Below, piece after piece: positions 60,331 to 64,000 of a DNA stretch of 64,000 nucleotides (position 1 is its first letter; each line of letters starts with the position of its first letter). The notes below the pieces were generated by a model. It made no database searches. It was not told the DNA's origin and saw only the letters and a program-made list of their open reading frames with translations. The translations under genes were made by a program, and so were the position numbers. This DNA comes from Eledone cirrhosa. Its lineage: Eukaryota. Location of the stretch: contig OZ024743.1 of NCBI GenBank assembly GCA_964016885.1, forward strand, positions 347,076,001-347,140,000, given 5' to 3'.

Positions 60331-61388
60331 CTGATAGTACAAACAATCGGATAATTTACGTCTTGATGTGGTAGCTAACTATATTTTATGTTTATATCAT
60401 TACTTATTTGTACAGATAAGTATATATTACCTGTATGTTTTGTGAAGGTACGTATACTTTCTCGTGCGTATATTGGCTTGTATTTGTTATCGGTGTATAA
60501 CTGTTATATATACTGGTACATGTGTATATGCTTATGTGTATACGTGTATTTTGCGTTTGTGTATGTATGCGGGTTTGCACGTATGTTGGGTGTGTATATG
60601 TGTACTTTGTGTTTTGCTTGACGTAGGTTTAGCGAACATATGTGTATTTACCTGTATGCGCGCGTTATATACGTATTTATGTGTGTATATTTATATACGT
60701 TTATACTATTATATGCATATACGCACACATATACATATGTATATATATATATATCTTTAATATATTTGTTTATGTGTATTTGCTGTATACGTTCGTATGT
60801 GTGCGGGTACAGGTGTTGCGCAGGTTATTGTATGCGTGCGCGTGTGTTGTGTACGTGCTTGTATTTGCATACATATGGCGGGTGTTTTCGCGAATACATG
60901 TGTATGTATATGGATGCGTGCATGTATATATTTAATTATATTTGATTTCAATAACCTCTGTAATTCATTTCGATTATTCTTAACTTTGAAGCCGAGAATC
61001 AATCGGTTTCCTGAATAGAATTTTAGTCTACGACTTCATTCATAACATAGACGTGGTTTTGTCTTTGCGTTTAATTGTTCTCATCGTTACACATAATGAC
61101 GTATTATCTTCGCTTTTTTTCCGTTCGTTGCCAGGGAACGGCTCCACGAACCACCTAAATAGAATATTAGTCTACGACTTCATTTATACTATAAACGTAG
61201 TTTTGTCTTTGCGTGTAATCGTCTTCACCGCTCCAAATAATGACCTATTATCTTCGCTTTTTTTCCGTTCATTTCCAGGGAACGTCTCCACGAACCAAAG
61301 TATCGTCTTCCTTCCTGTCTTCCTTCGGTCGGTTGCAACGTTTTTCGAAATATTTACTTCTGCGCTCAAAGATTGATTTTTTTTTTTT

Positions 61389-61439
61389 AGTTTCAGAAGA
61401 TCCCGTTAAGGGCGAAAGCAGCGATTCTTTGCTTAAACT
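61389..61439 (+). ncRNA. Type I hammerhead ribozyme in the Naiad terminal repeat (core mutated)
   Basis: AGTTT-CAGAAGA-t-CCC-gttaa-GGG-c-GAA-AGCA..TGCT-T-AAACT. All three stems pair; CAGAAGA replaces CTGAAGA. Confidence 0.65.
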
Positions 61440-61646
61440 TTAATCTGTTATTTTAATAAATATTTGCTCTAGGGTTCTTATATATTTGATATATATTTAT
61501 CCTTATCGAGCACTCTTTGGATTTTAGTCTTCACATTTATTATTATTACTATATATATATATATATATATGTGTCTATATATATATAGCTGTCGAAATGG
61601 ATGGAGCTCAACCATCGGTGTCCCGACTCTTTTTCTCTCTCCCCAT

Positions 61647-61798
<152 letters not shown>

Positions 61799-63157
61799 TA
61801 CATATATGTATGTATATGTGTGTGTGTGTGTGTGTGTGTTTGTGCAGATACATACAGGTCTTGTATTGCAGATGCAGTGGTAAACTTCTAGTGCACTGCA
61901 ACATTCAAATGGATAATCTGTTTGCGGATTTTGTAGATAATTCTACTTGCATAATTGTAAAGTCAATGCACGATGTTGACCCGGTAGTGCTGAATTAATA
62001 GGTCATTGAAAATGCACTTGCAAGTAATACTTAACACCTGCTACACTCAAGCGTCAAATAGATAGATTATTAGATTATTAAATATATGCATTCACATATG
62101 CTTATGGCTATATAAATTTGTCAATATATGTATTTATATGTATGAATGCATGCATGTATACTTACATGCTTTCTTATATACATATGTGCTGTAAATGTAT
62201 ATATATATATATGGAGATGGAGAGATACGTGTGTCATGGCAGTATCGGTTGTTTATCGTGGTCAATTTGTTTTACATCCTTCTGCGTTAAATGGAATTTC
62301 GTGGCAGACATTTTTTTTTTATTAGGCGAGATCTCTTGTAATATTTTCCGAGATATTTGCTTTCTGAGTTCAATAATCTCATCAATAGTAAGTCATTTGT
62401 GAAGCCCAGATGTTGTGTCAAATCCCAAAACAGTTACTGGCTATGAATGTTCTAAGAACCCAAAGCCAAGTGAGGCGCCAGTTCATATGAGCTATACAAG
62501 TCCGGGTGATATAATAGGCTTTTCATTTATGTAACTTACCTCCTTCATCATCATTATCCATTACAATCATCATCATCATCAACAACATCATCATCCTCTT
62601 CATCATCATCACGTGGACAATACAGCGTGATAGTCTGTACATTCGTCTTTTAATTCATTTCGAATATGTAATTTAAAATTTGTTGTTGTTTCTCCAGCCT
62701 TTCCTGACCACAATTGGTTATTAAGCTAATTTATTATGTTTTCTCCTCATTAAGATTCCAATTTAAATTATTCTTTTCCATCTAAAACTATTATATTAAA
62801 GGCAAATTTGCCATGACTCTAGCGTATTGACAGGTCAGAAAAAAATCCCACGTGGAAAGAGTTTATTCTGTTGGATTGGGCCTACAAATTTAGAGTGTCC
62901 ATTCTCTCCTTAAATTTAAGTTATTTAATTCTGTTCAGACATTTCTAAGTATAAGCACGTACATTATAGTATACATAGCATTGGTTTAATTTAATTGTTG
63001 CTTGTACAATCATACACATTTAAACACACACAAGTATTCATACATAAATACATACAGAGAAACAAACAAGTAGACACAACCATACACACCTGTGTGTGTA
63101 TTGTGTTCGTGTATATATATATATATATATGTGTGTGTCTGTGTGGGTGTGTGGCGG

Positions 63158-63204
<47 letters not shown>

Positions 63205-64000
63205 ACCATGTTTGTGTGTGAGTGTGTGAATACAGGTAAAAACGAACGAAACCAGCAATATACACACAGCGTAGAAGTTGAAAATAGTTGCAGGAATAAG
63301 TTAAACACCTTAAGCATAATTACGCATTAAATTACTGGAACTTTCTAACTCAAGCGCTTCTAAACAGTTTTCTTCTACTTGATTCAAACAAAAGTTTTAG
63401 TAGAGAGAGATCTACGGCAAAAGATACCTTGCCTTATATACAGATGTCTGACATTCTCACACAGTGACTAAGATTTCTATGATATGATCACCCCTATAAA
63501 GATTCATAGCGAGACTTATGTATGTTTATTAAACATAAGATCTTATATGCTTTCATATACCCTCTATTATGTAAGTACTGCTCGAACGTCCACTATATGC
63601 AAATGAGTATGTGCAGTCAATGTTTTATACGTAAAAGTTATAAATTGTAGTTTATTCTTGTATCAGTAGCGAATGGATAAATACCAAGAAATGCGGATCA
63701 GGCGTTATCGCACGCCTACTGAGAAAGCTTTCATATGATAAAAACTTGAAACATTTAGCTAGTCTTACGGATGTGTATTATACATAAACATAGCCTTTAT
63801 GCCTCTATATACACTTGCATTTTGTATGTATATATTATACATATTTATTCATTGGTAAATGTTTGGTGTTATTTATAATTTAATATTTAATCATTTCCAA
63901 TATTAATAAAGTCACAGTCACAGCAAAACACACCAACACACGCGCACATACACACACACACACACGCACACACGCACACACGCACACACACACACGCACA

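Larger units (their letters stand above)
58195..61555 (+). mobile_element. Near full-length Naiad-type Penelope-like element (inactivated)
   Basis: ORF remnants plus a long TG-rich 3'UTR, an internal ~144-bp duplication (61014-61298) and a terminal HHR. Flanked by (TA)n. Confidence 0.92.

Overview
Gene-free, AT-rich eukaryotic repeat region. The very dense (TA)n/(TATG)n/(CA)n/(GA)n microsatellites and tRNA-derived SINEs suggest a mollusc, probably an octopod cephalopod (inference). No host protein-coding gene is supported, and most long ORFs in the track are microsatellite artefacts. The window is a mosaic of retroelement remnants: an R4/Dong-type RLE non-LTR element (1-2600), a near full-length but inactivated Tx1/L1-clade LINE (30421-36470) plus fragments, RTE-clade fragments with a ~600-bp bipartite non-autonomous RTE family, many SINEs, and numerous Penelope-like elements (PLEs), including two Naiad-type copies. 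The most striking signal is RNA-level: about 20 type I hammerhead ribozyme (HHR) motifs from roughly ten sequence families. They include (i) a nearly homogeneous 466-bp tandem array (40457-42024) with one HHR and one octamer motif per unit, a retrozyme-like candidate with a diverged dispersed relative at 27380-27920, and (ii) a series of fold-back (palindromic) non-coding elements in (TA)n tracts that carry an HHR on each arm, several with the symmetry axis right at the ribozyme. All calls were made by eye, so boundaries are approximate and no ribozyme activity is demonstrated.
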